64,000 nucleotides of DNA from the IMG/VR virus record IMGVR_UViG_3300024978_000001; one strand, written 5' to 3'. This stretch comes from a virus. Position 1 is the stretch's first letter, and each line of letters begins with the position of its first letter. Under the pieces are notes generated by a model. It did not search any database, was not told where the DNA came from, and saw only the letters and a program-made list of their open reading frames with translations. Below are positions 23,924 through 31,848 of this stretch, in pieces. The position numbers were made by a program, and so were the translations under genes.

Positions 23924-24389
23924 GCTGAGCGAAAGCCTACGGCAGCGGATCAGAGAGCGCCCTGATTTATGGCGAGAGGTTTGCGTGCTCTCGTTAGAAC
24001 TATTGGAGGGCACGAACGAGCACGTCGACGCGGTGCTCGCGTTGTACCGCAACCCGGCATCAACGAAGGCGCAGTTTAGCGCCGCCGCCCACTCCGCCGC
24101 CCACTACGCCGCCCACGCCTACGCCACCGCCCACTCCGCCGCCCACTACGCCGCCCACGCCGCCTACGCCACCGCCCACTCCGCCGCCCACTACGCCGCC
24201 AACGCCGCCGCCCACGCCGCCGCCGCCTACGCCGCCGCCCACGCCGCCGCCAACGCCGCCGCCAACGCAATCGTAGCCGTCAAAGGTGACAAGGTGGAAC
24301 GGTTCATTGCTGAACTCGAATTGTTGGTGAGGTTCGCGCCCCAACAAACGCACGACCGAGAAGAAGGAGACCAACCAGAGAATGATTAG
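23916..24389 (+). CDS. Ala/His/Tyr tandem-repeat protein (start uncertain: TTG 23916 or GTG 23904/23907)
   Basis: The frame of ORF 23754..24389 reads AHSAAHYAAHAYAT / AHSAAHYAAHAAYAT / AHSAAHYAANAAAHAAAAYAAAHAAANAAANA, flanked by ordinary sequence. Confidence 0.5.
   Translation: MAELSESLRQRIRERPDLWREVCVLSLELLEGTNEHVDAVLALYRNPASTKAQFSAAAHSAAHYAAHAYATAHSAAHYAAHAAYATAHSAAHYAANAAAHAAAAYAAAHAAANAAANAIVAVKGDKVERFIAELELLVRFAPQQTHDREEGDQPEND
24087..24269. repeat. 42/45-bp tandem repeat encoding AHSAAHYAAHA(A)YAT
   Basis: Unit 1 is 24087-24128, unit 2 is 24129-24173, and unit 3 from 24174 degenerates towards about 24269. Confidence 0.85.
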
Positions 24390-24762
24390 CGTTATGAAGC
24401 CGAAACTATCGACGTGCTGGTATTGCGAGCGCCCGCAGAGCGCCGCTGCATGGCGCAACTCCCGTGCCGTATGTGCCGCCTGTGACAGGCTGATGGCGCA
24501 CGGTGTGATTTGCATCGGCGTTAGTTCGCCCGTGGCGGGCGACACGGTGGTCGACAAGTCTTACCGCGACGGTAATTGGTGCGTGCTGAGCTTCGCCGAG
24601 TACGCGCGCCGCATCGGTGCCGAACCGCCGCAGGAACGGCACGCCTATATCGAAGCCGCAAGGTGGCAACGTGCAGGCTTGCCGAAGTTCGGCAAGCACG
24701 GCGCGAGCCATCTCAACACGCCCATCGAAGACGACTGGAACGATGCCAAAGACGTCGCTTGA
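24382..24762 (+). CDS. hypothetical Cys-rich protein (126 aa)
   Basis: ORF track. CWYC...CAAC pairs near the N-terminus. Contains a palindrome copy (S-Y-R-D-G-N-W). Confidence 0.55.
   Translation: MISVMKPKLSTCWYCERPQSAAAWRNSRAVCAACDRLMAHGVICIGVSSPVAGDTVVDKSYRDGNWCVLSFAEYARRIGAEPPQERHAYIEAARWQRAGLPKFGKHGASHLNTPIEDDWNDAKDVA
24561..24575. repeat. TTACCG-N3-CGGTAA palindrome copy
   Basis: TTACCGCGACGGTAA, inside CDS 24382..24762 (Y-R-D-G-N). Confidence 0.95.
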
Positions 24763-24958
24763 ACGGTTGACCCAGAGTGTGGTGTTCCAGCGCAGATATG
24801 CGCAGGCTGCGCTCGCTGGCATTGAGTTCAGATGCACGAGCGGCCCTGTCGACTCATGGCATTGGACGCACCATGACCTTAAGACCTGGATCGGCCCTTA
24901 TTTCAAGAAAGGCAGAGCTGTGAATGCGGCGCTGAACTGGTTGGAGAAAAATTCATGA
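24743..24958 (+). CDS. hypothetical protein (71 aa)
   Basis: Internal ATG of ORF 24617..24958 (MPKTSLERLTQ...). 20-nt overlap with the previous gene. Confidence 0.5.
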   Translation: MPKTSLERLTQSVVFQRRYAQAALAGIEFRCTSGPVDSWHWTHHDLKTWIGPYFKKGRAVNAALNWLEKNS

Positions 24959-25218
24959 GCTACGGCCCCAAGAAATACGCTGTGCGCCGCGCCGCCGCCG
25001 CACGTCGCATCGTCACCGTCGCCTTGCTCGCCGGCATGGAAGTGGAGAAGCACCGCACCGTTTCCCGATATTGGAAAGGCGACTCGCATAGCGTCTACTC
25101 TACGAACATCGACGGCGTGCAGATTTACCGCTTGTCCAAGGCGTCACTCGCGAGGGTTTACCTCGAAGCGAAATTCAGCGGGCTCGAAGCGAAAGCGAAC
25201 GGAGCGGCAGTGCAGTGA
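24955..25218 (+). CDS. hypothetical protein (87 aa)
   Basis: ORF track. ATGA overlap with the previous gene. Confidence 0.55.
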   Translation: MSYGPKKYAVRRAAAARRIVTVALLAGMEVEKHRTVSRYWKGDSHSVYSTNIDGVQIYRLSKASLARVYLEAKFSGLEAKANGAAVQ

Positions 25219-25541
25219 GCGAGCAAGACAAACTCCAGGCCCAGATCGCCCTGTTGCTTCCCGTGCAGCAGCAAACGATCGCAATGGCGCAGCTCGCCGG
25301 CTGTAGCTTCGAGCCGAAGATGACCGAACGTCATATCGGCTATGTGAGCGGAAACTATAGTTCCAACTGGGTCATGACAACATTGTACGTAGCGACACTC
25401 CCGGACGGCACGGTCTTTGGGCTGTTCGAAGATCTCTACGGTGCTGCCGTCGCTTGCCTCGACCACCTGAACGGTCACAACGAGCCGATCAAACTCGATC
25501 CTGACCTGTTTCGTCTGCTTCCCGAGAACGAACAACCCTAA
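25215..25541 (+). CDS. hypothetical protein (108 aa)
   Basis: ORF track. GTGA overlap with the previous gene. Confidence 0.6.
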   Translation: MSEQDKLQAQIALLLPVQQQTIAMAQLAGCSFEPKMTERHIGYVSGNYSSNWVMTTLYVATLPDGTVFGLFEDLYGAAVACLDHLNGHNEPIKLDPDLFRLLPENEQP

Positions 25542-25627
25542 CCCCATGGGGCGCCGCGACGCGCCGCGAATGCCGCCGCGAAATTTCGCGCCCGGTCCGA
25601 GATTGCAACGAACTGAGGAGGTTTTTC

Positions 25628-26356
25628 ATGCTCCAAGACGTAGCCACTGCCGTGGTAGCGCCCATGAACCAGAGCGCACCACAGTCCAACAAACGAAGCC
25701 TGAGCCAGATGCTTGCCGATGCGACCACGTTGGGCGAGCAGGCGGGGAAGGGTAAGGATACCCAAATCAAGTTCCTGCTGTCGTGCCTCGAAGGTGGCTA
25801 TCACGGCGCTGTCGATCTTGTGCCGAACAAGCACGGCACCGAGGTGGACGACGCGACCAAGCTGGCCGAAGCCTACGTGAAGGCGCAAGGTACAGCGACT
25901 GTGTTCGACCACAAGTCGGCCAATCAGCGGAAGCTGATCAGCACCTTGCGCACCAGCATCAAGCTGGGCGCATGGCCGAAGGGGGGTGCCGGCGAGCCGT
26001 TGCAGACGGTGGACCAGCTCATTGCGCACCGCCAGAAGCTGCGCAAGGACCCCACGATCGACAAGAAGAAGCTCGACGACGCCGCCAACACGTTCCTGCG
26101 GTACGCCAGGGCGCAGCTCAAGCGCGACACGCTGATCGAAGGCGACGAGCTGTATAGCTTCTGCTTCAAGCCCACACGCGACCCGGCGACGGCAGAGGAG
26201 CGCGTTGAGCAGTTGCGCAACAGTGTGAAGCAACTAATCGACGGCAACAAGCAGGGTGTGCAGGACAACTCGCCGAAGGTGCGGGATGCGATGCAGGCGC
26301 TCACTGACCGCTTGGTGGAGATCGCCAAGGCGAAGGGAGCACAGGCACAACCATGA
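25628..26356 (+). CDS. hypothetical protein (242 aa)
   Basis: ORF track. GAGGAGG 7 nt upstream of the ATG. Confidence 0.65.
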   Translation: MLQDVATAVVAPMNQSAPQSNKRSLSQMLADATTLGEQAGKGKDTQIKFLLSCLEGGYHGAVDLVPNKHGTEVDDATKLAEAYVKAQGTATVFDHKSANQRKLISTLRTSIKLGAWPKGGAGEPLQTVDQLIAHRQKLRKDPTIDKKKLDDAANTFLRYARAQLKRDTLIEGDELYSFCFKPTRDPATAEERVEQLRNSVKQLIDGNKQGVQDNSPKVRDAMQALTDRLVEIAKAKGAQAQP

Positions 26357-26670
26357 AACGCGAGCTTATTCATATCGACCCGAGTGGTCTCGGCAATCTG
26401 CGGTGTGACAACCCCCGCTGCGGTCACGTTCTGAGCGGTCAAACATGGGGTGCGCATCTGATCGGATATCCATGCCCCAAGTGCGATAGCAATATGCTCA
26501 CGCGTCGTGATTATGAGGGTGTTGAGCGCGTGCGCGCACGTATTCGTTGGCTCAACAGATGGTTCGGTTGGCTTGGCAGTAAGAACCTTGCGACGGACCC
26601 GAGAGCGAAACGCGTCTCGATCCACCATCACAACGGCGAGATCACCTTCAAGCAATTACCGCCAAGGTAA
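26353..26670 (+). CDS. zinc-ribbon-like hypothetical protein (105 aa)
   Basis: CDNPRCG ... CPKCD cysteine pairs. ATGA overlap with the previous gene. The stop codon lies in a one-mismatch palindrome copy. Confidence 0.6.
   Translation: MKRELIHIDPSGLGNLRCDNPRCGHVLSGQTWGAHLIGYPCPKCDSNMLTRRDYEGVERVRARIRWLNRWFGWLGSKNLATDPRAKRVSIHHHNGEITFKQLPPR
26656..26670. repeat. palindrome copy with one mismatch
   Basis: TTACCGCCAAGGTAA, read as L-P-P-R-stop at the end of 26353..26670. Confidence 0.7.
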
Positions 26671-26711
26671 CAAGTTTGCGACGCTCGCGTCCCGTCCCGT
26701 GAGCGGCGCAG

Positions 26712-26755
26712 GGCGGCACACTGGCCTCCTCAGCGGTGTGCCGCCCCTTTTACTC
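26712..26755 (+). terminator. rho-independent terminator
   Basis: ggcggcacac-(14-nt loop)-gtgtgccgcc followed by ccttttactctt, 42 nt after the stop of 26353..26670. Confidence 0.7.
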
Positions 26756-26849
26756 TTCGCTGAGACTGACGTTTCGACACTGCGCAGCTAACCCCTGCGC
26801 AGCACGAAGCGCCAACGCTTCTGAGCTTCACTGAGAAGAAGGAGACCAA

Positions 26850-27995
26850 ATGAACATCAACCAAGCATTCGTTCAAACCAAGCGGCTTCACGAGAGTGGC
26901 CAAGCCGTGTTGCTCGTGTCCGGCTCCGGCATGGGCAAGAGCCAGGGGACTGCATCCTATGCGAAGTCGTGGGTCGAAGAGGGCAAAGCGAGCGGCATCA
27001 AGCGCGGCTACTCCATCACCTTTCTCGCCACGCATACGCCGCCTGATGTTGTCGGGTATAAATTCAAGGGCGAGCGGGACATCATTGTGGACGTCGATGC
27101 CGACGGCAAGCCTGTCACAAAGAAAGTTACTGTGGATGACGCTTCTTGCCCGCTGTGGTATATTTCCACGGAAGGTAAGCCAGCCTTCTGCTACGACGAG
27201 TTCATGATCGTGTTCGACGAGTTCGGCCAGGCCGAGCTTGACGTGAAGCGCAGTGCTGCCGAGATCGCGCTGTCGGGTGGTACACCGCCGTGGTACGCGC
27301 CGAACCACCGTTGCATCATGCTCACCAACGAAGGCGCGCGCTACGGCGTCTCCAAGACGTTCGATTTCATCATCGCACGTCAGTCCCGCATCGAGATCAA
27401 GCCGGACATCGAGGCCGCGCTGCTGCACATGGACAAGCCGTATCTGCACCGCGGCCGGCAGTGGCAGGTGATGGGCGTGACCAAGGCATGGGCGGCGGCG
27501 AACCCGACTGCGCTGTTCGAGAACGAGCCTGAGCAGCAAGGGCCGTGGTGCAACCCGCGCCAGCTCTATGCCTGCGACCGCTATCTGCAACTCACGTTTG
27601 CGGCGACCGGCAAACAGGATGTGGACCCGGAAGCGTTGGAAGTGCTGGCGGGCACCATCGGCATGCCGGCCACAACGTCGCTGGTTTCGCATCTGCAGTT
27701 CAGGCTGCAACTGCCGAGCTATGACTCGGTCGTTGCCGATCCGACCGGCACCGAGGTTCCGAGCAAGGCGGACCTGCAGATGCTGATGGCCTACGAGCTG
27801 TCGAGCTACGTCAAGCCGCAAGACCTGGGCTCTGTCGTCACCTACATGGAGCGACTGCCCAAGGACATGGCGATCACTTTCGTGTCGTCGCTTCTACGGC
27901 GTGATTACGCGCAGATGATCAACGTGCCTGCGATGCAGGCGTGGATTTCACGCAATGCGGCGCTGGTGAGCGTGATCAGCTCGCTCGCGCACTAA
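26850..27995 (+). CDS. AAA-type (MoxR-like) ATPase
   Basis: Walker A LLVSGSGMGKSQG and Walker B MIVFDEFGQAE. AAGGAGACC RBS. Pairs functionally with the VWA protein at 29520..30839. Confidence 0.75.
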   Translation: MNINQAFVQTKRLHESGQAVLLVSGSGMGKSQGTASYAKSWVEEGKASGIKRGYSITFLATHTPPDVVGYKFKGERDIIVDVDADGKPVTKKVTVDDASCPLWYISTEGKPAFCYDEFMIVFDEFGQAELDVKRSAAEIALSGGTPPWYAPNHRCIMLTNEGARYGVSKTFDFIIARQSRIEIKPDIEAALLHMDKPYLHRGRQWQVMGVTKAWAAANPTALFENEPEQQGPWCNPRQLYACDRYLQLTFAATGKQDVDPEALEVLAGTIGMPATTSLVSHLQFRLQLPSYDSVVADPTGTEVPSKADLQMLMAYELSSYVKPQDLGSVVTYMERLPKDMAITFVSSLLRRDYAQMINVPAMQAWISRNAALVSVISSLAH

Positions 27996-28066
27996 GACCT
28001 GGGCGTTGCCTCAATGGGACGCCACGACGCTGCCCGGTTGTACGCTTTGACGCTGGCCGGGCAGCG

Positions 28067-28081
28067 TTACCGCCACGGTAA
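28067..28081. repeat. TTACCG-N3-CGGTAA palindrome copy
   Basis: TTACCGCCACGGTAA. Intergenic, runs into the AAAGGAG RBS, 15 nt upstream of ATG 28097. Confidence 0.95.
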
Positions 28082-28096
28082 AAAGGAGACCCGCCT

Positions 28097-28267
28097 ATGC
28101 AGATTAAGTTTCATATTTGCCCGACCTGCGGTGCGGCGGTGGACCAGCCCTGCCGAACTTCTAGCGGGCGTAAGAAGAAATATTGTGGGCGCGACGTAGT
28201 TCATGACACGCGACCGTTTTCTATTATCGCAACGCCTCATAGCCCAACTACCGAAGTTCAACGATGA
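28097..28267 (+). CDS. possible 56-aa zinc-ribbon protein
   Basis: AAAGGAG RBS. MQIKFHICPTCGAAVDQPCRTSSGRKKKYCG... ATGA overlap with 28264..28770. Below the ORF-track size cut-off. Confidence 0.45.
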   Translation: MQIKFHICPTCGAAVDQPCRTSSGRKKKYCGRDVVHDTRPFSIIATPHSPTTEVQR

Positions 28268-28770
28268 CGCTCCCACCAGACAGACTACGCGCAGTGCTGC
28301 GGTACCGGTACAGGTTTATTTCCCTCTGGCCGGATGAACTGCGCGCTCGCCATCCTAAGAAGCACAAAGAGCACGCCGCCGAATGGAACGTCACCGCCGA
28401 ACCTTCGATCATGGACCACATCATCGACTGGAAACTGCGTTACTCAAATGAGGAGGACAAACAATTGATCAGGCAATTTACCATTGAACTGCGCGTGAAC
28501 TATGCCGACGCTGACAAGAACGAAGTGATGCGCAAGGCGTGCGCAGCAGCAGCACGCCATGTGTTCGCTACTGCGAACCTGTTGGCGGACGGTGTGAAGC
28601 CCGACATTGCGATCTTTTCCGACGACTGGTTCGCCGGCAAGGAAGAGATTTCGCTGATGCAGGATGTGATCCAGCAGGGCCTCGACGAAACGAGCAGCAC
28701 CGCCCAGGACGGCGAGGTAGGCGTCAGCAGCGAGCTGATGCAAGCTGTGATGGGCGGGGACAGCCAGTAA
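28264..28770 (+). CDS. hypothetical protein (168 aa)
   Basis: ORF track. Confidence 0.6.
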   Translation: MTLPPDRLRAVLRYRYRFISLWPDELRARHPKKHKEHAAEWNVTAEPSIMDHIIDWKLRYSNEEDKQLIRQFTIELRVNYADADKNEVMRKACAAAARHVFATANLLADGVKPDIAIFSDDWFAGKEEISLMQDVIQQGLDETSSTAQDGEVGVSSELMQAVMGGDSQ

Positions 28771-29018
28771 TGGCGTTGCTAGGAAGCGCTCCCGGCCGCC
28801 CCGTTTCTCCCGCTGCCGACGTTGAGCAAGCCCCGCCACCCGACAACCCGCGCTTCCGCAGTTTTGCGGAGCGCTACATCATCGAGCGCTGCCGGGAGTG
28901 GAAGGAGGGCGAGATTGATGAAAGCGCCTGGAAGGCAACACTCGAAGCCAAGTCAATCTACAACAAGATTCGGGAAGTCAGTCGAGGCGTCCGAGAATAC
29001 ATGAGCGCAGAAAGGTGA
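28770..29018 (+). CDS. hypothetical protein (82 aa)
   Basis: ATG at 28770 in a TAATG overlap. The frame of ORF 28539..29018 reads MALLGSAPGRPVSPAAD... Confidence 0.55.
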   Translation: MALLGSAPGRPVSPAADVEQAPPPDNPRFRSFAERYIIERCREWKEGEIDESAWKATLEAKSIYNKIREVSRGVREYMSAER

Positions 29019-29025
29019 TCAACGC

Positions 29026-29367
29026 ATGCCTGACCAGAGCAATCAACAGACATGGTCGCCTACTACTCCGCGCCGATATGTCCGGCTCGATGTCTTGGGA
29101 CAGCCGTGTCCGGCTCCGGAGTTGGTTCGATGCGTGGGAGAACTACCTCCGCATTTCTCGTGGGCAGATAGCTTCGCGCGTCCCCTCTACAGAGCTGCTC
29201 TCCGCGAGATGTTTGATGCGGCGCTCCGACGCGCCAAAGACCGACACAACCGCGCGATTACTCGCGCAGAAATCGGCCGAGCGTTGATCCAAACCGATAA
29301 CTGGTTTTTACGGTGGGAACACATCTTGGAACATGAAGCCAAACAACATGACATCTATGAGCCCTGA
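29026..29367 (+). CDS. hypothetical protein (113 aa)
   Basis: ORF track. Shares a short AALRRA(K/E)(D/E)R motif with the next ORF. Confidence 0.55.
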   Translation: MPDQSNQQTWSPTTPRRYVRLDVLGQPCPAPELVRCVGELPPHFSWADSFARPLYRAALREMFDAALRRAKDRHNRAITRAEIGRALIQTDNWFLRWEHILEHEAKQHDIYEP

Positions 29368-29539
29368 GCAGCTACGCGAGCGAATGGTTGCGGCGCTCCG
29401 ACGCGCCGAAGAGCGCCGCTATCAGGTTTGGACGCCGCAGTGCCGTTACCGAGTAGCTCACAAAGTATGGAGTTGGCGGCTCGAATACTCAATTCTCTTA
29501 AAGAAGGAGGCCAAAAAGCATGGCATTAGCTACTACTGA
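29333..29539 (+). CDS. hypothetical protein (start uncertain)
   Basis: ORF track. Overlaps both neighbours. MSPEQLRERMVAALRRAEERRYQ... Confidence 0.45.
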   Translation: MKPNNMTSMSPEQLRERMVAALRRAEERRYQVWTPQCRYRVAHKVWSWRLEYSILLKKEAKKHGISYY

Positions 29540-30839
29540 CCCGATCAGCTTGGTCGAGGAGATCAAGCAAGAAGACATCAATGACGTTGGGCTGACAGCG
29601 CAGCAGCAGAACCAGTGGCAGGAGACCATGTCATTGATGGCATGGACCGCGCCAGGGTTCAGGCACCTGTTCTACAAGCTGTTGGTCAACCACCGAGGCA
29701 ACCATGCGTGCATCCCGACGCGGGCTATCCCCGTCGCGGCGACAGACGGGAGAAATATTCTTATCAACCCGGACACGTTCTTCAAATACGACCTGCGCCA
29801 GCGCGTGTTCATCATCGGACACGAAGTGATGCACAACGTCTACAAGGACGTTGATTTCCTCTATCGCTGCCGCAAGGCCGGCACTGTGCCGATGGATGAC
29901 GGCACGACGCTGCCTTTTGACGAGAAGTCCATGCAGCACGCGATGGACTACCGCATCAACGCACTGTTGCGGGACAGCAAGATCGGCGTCGCGCCGAAGG
30001 ACTGCCTGTTGAACGACGAGATCGCCAAGGCCAACGAAGGCATCATCGACGTCTATAAGAAGGTCTATGAGGACTACGAGAGCAACGGCAATCTGGGAGG
30101 GCAGGGCTTCGACCTCGTGCTGAACCCTGGTAGCTCCACTGGCCAGTCACCGCAGCAGGCGCAGCAAAACTCCCAGCAGTGGGCGGTCGAGAGCAAGGCG
30201 GCGCAGACGCTTGAGGAGATGCGCAGCAAGGGCAAGATGGCCGGCGCGCTCAAGCGCATGTTCGAGCAAGTGCTCAATCCGCAGATACCGTGGACCGAAA
30301 AAATCCGCGGCATCTTCAACCGCAAGGTGGGAAACGGCAGCTACGACTGGCGCAAGGCCGACCGGCGCTTCATCGTCCGCGACCTGTATATGCCCGGCCG
30401 CTCCGGTAACGGCGCAGGGCACGTCGTGGTGTGGGGCGATACGTCGGGCAGCATATCCACCAAAGAGCTCTGCCACTACATGGCCGAGCTAACCTCCATC
30501 GTTGAGGAGTGCCAGCCGGCAAGGTTGACCGTCCTGTGGTGCGATGCCGACATTCACCGCGTCGACGAGCTGTCCGACCCGGCCGATATGGCGAAGCTGC
30601 AGTATGACGCGGCGAAGGACGGCGTTGGCGGCGGTGGCGGCACGTCATGTCACCCGGTGTTCGAGTGGATCGGCAAGAACTGCCACACCCGGCCCGATGC
30701 GCTGGTGTGCTTCACCGACGGCTATGTGGACTTCCCCGATGCGCCGCCGCCCGTTGAAGTGGTGATCTGGGCCAGCACCGCCCGCAAGCCGGAGGATTAC
30801 CCTTATGGCGATGCGGTGGAGATCAACACGCGTGGTTGA
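29520..30839 (+). CDS. VWA-domain protein with an N-terminal zincin-like metallopeptidase domain (DUF2201-type architecture)
   Basis: HExxH in FIIGHEVMHNVY. MIDAS-like DxSxS in VVWGDTSGSIS. Confidence 0.75.
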   Translation: MALATTDPISLVEEIKQEDINDVGLTAQQQNQWQETMSLMAWTAPGFRHLFYKLLVNHRGNHACIPTRAIPVAATDGRNILINPDTFFKYDLRQRVFIIGHEVMHNVYKDVDFLYRCRKAGTVPMDDGTTLPFDEKSMQHAMDYRINALLRDSKIGVAPKDCLLNDEIAKANEGIIDVYKKVYEDYESNGNLGGQGFDLVLNPGSSTGQSPQQAQQNSQQWAVESKAAQTLEEMRSKGKMAGALKRMFEQVLNPQIPWTEKIRGIFNRKVGNGSYDWRKADRRFIVRDLYMPGRSGNGAGHVVVWGDTSGSISTKELCHYMAELTSIVEECQPARLTVLWCDADIHRVDELSDPADMAKLQYDAAKDGVGGGGGTSCHPVFEWIGKNCHTRPDALVCFTDGYVDFPDAPPPVEVVIWASTARKPEDYPYGDAVEINTRG

Positions 30840-31080
30840 GCGCACCGACGATGAATGGATAGCGCTGGCGGCGCTCGCCGGCGCGGAAATTACATACTAC
30901 GACTACGGGCACCCCGAGCGCGCTGGCGCGCGAATGTATTGGACCGCGGTGTGTCCGCAAGCGCCCTGGGGCCGCGTCTACAGTTACACGCGCGCCGGCT
31001 GTGCAAGGGAATGGTTGAAGTACGCCGACTTGCCGCCCGGTCCGTTTCCTTACCGCGACGGTAAAAATCCCACCGCTTAA
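30805..31080 (+). CDS. hypothetical protein (start uncertain)
   Basis: ORF track. The C-terminus P-Y-R-D-G-K is encoded by a palindrome copy. Confidence 0.45.
   Translation: MAMRWRSTRVVERTDDEWIALAALAGAEITYYDYGHPERAGARMYWTAVCPQAPWGRVYSYTRAGCAREWLKYADLPPGPFPYRDGKNPTA
31050..31064. repeat. TTACCG-N3-CGGTAA palindrome copy
   Basis: TTACCGCGACGGTAA, near the 3' end of 30805..31080. Confidence 0.95.
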
Positions 31081-31128
31081 AACCAAAGCGTCAAAACTCT
31101 TTTTAAAACCAAAGCGTCAAAACTCTTT
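31077..31128. repeat. perfect tandem duplication of a 26-bp unit
   Basis: ttaaaaccaaagcgtcaaaactcttt twice (31077-31102 and 31103-31128). Lies in the spacer before ATG 31156 (GAGGAGG RBS). Confidence 0.95.
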
Positions 31129-31155
31129 CACCACCAACGAGAGGAGGCTCAACTC

Positions 31156-31842
31156 ATGGGCAGACGACGGCAACGCGCAAGCATTGGCGATACCTATGTC
31201 GCGCAGGCGTGCGCTAAATTAAACGGAGCGTGTTTGAAAGAGGCTAACTTGTTTCTGCCGCGCTTCACTGCGGAGCAGATCACCCCCATGCTGTTCCGCG
31301 ACGAAGATGTTGCGAAGTTGAAGGCGGTGCGCGGCCTCACTGCATATGCGACAAATGCGGCCTCTTATAACAGCGGCGAAGGGATGTCGCTGTTATTGAA
31401 CTTCGGCAATGCAATGCCAGCCCCCAATTTACACCGCCTGCATTGGCAGGAAGATCGCGCAGGCGAGTTGCGTAGCGCGCTCAAAGCGGCAGAAGCGCTG
31501 GTCACGAAGTGGGGCGCGGTGAAGTGGATGCTGCGCTGGTTCAACCGCAACGCCACGATCGGGGCGGTGCGCGCCAACTGGCCATGCGTGATGCAGCTCT
31601 GTCCGGATAGCCCTGCGGTGCGCGATGCCGCCGGTGTGCCAACTCGATATACGAACCCGCAAGGTTTAGGCCCTTTGCTGCCGGTCGTTCGCGCCACGGC
31701 TTCAACGGTGGCGACCATGGCGATGCTCCCCGAGAGCGCGGAGGAGCGCCCCTACAACACAGTACGGCTCGCGTTCGCTGCACGTAAGGTTGAAGTCGAA
31801 GGCGTTAAACTACAGCGCGAAGAGCTATCCCTGCATCTTTGA
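31156..31842 (+). CDS. hypothetical protein (228 aa)
   Basis: ORF track. Immediately precedes the DNA polymerase. Confidence 0.6.
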   Translation: MGRRRQRASIGDTYVAQACAKLNGACLKEANLFLPRFTAEQITPMLFRDEDVAKLKAVRGLTAYATNAASYNSGEGMSLLLNFGNAMPAPNLHRLHWQEDRAGELRSALKAAEALVTKWGAVKWMLRWFNRNATIGAVRANWPCVMQLCPDSPAVRDAAGVPTRYTNPQGLGPLLPVVRATASTVATMAMLPESAEERPYNTVRLAFAARKVEVEGVKLQREELSLHL

Positions 31843-31848
31843 GGCCCC

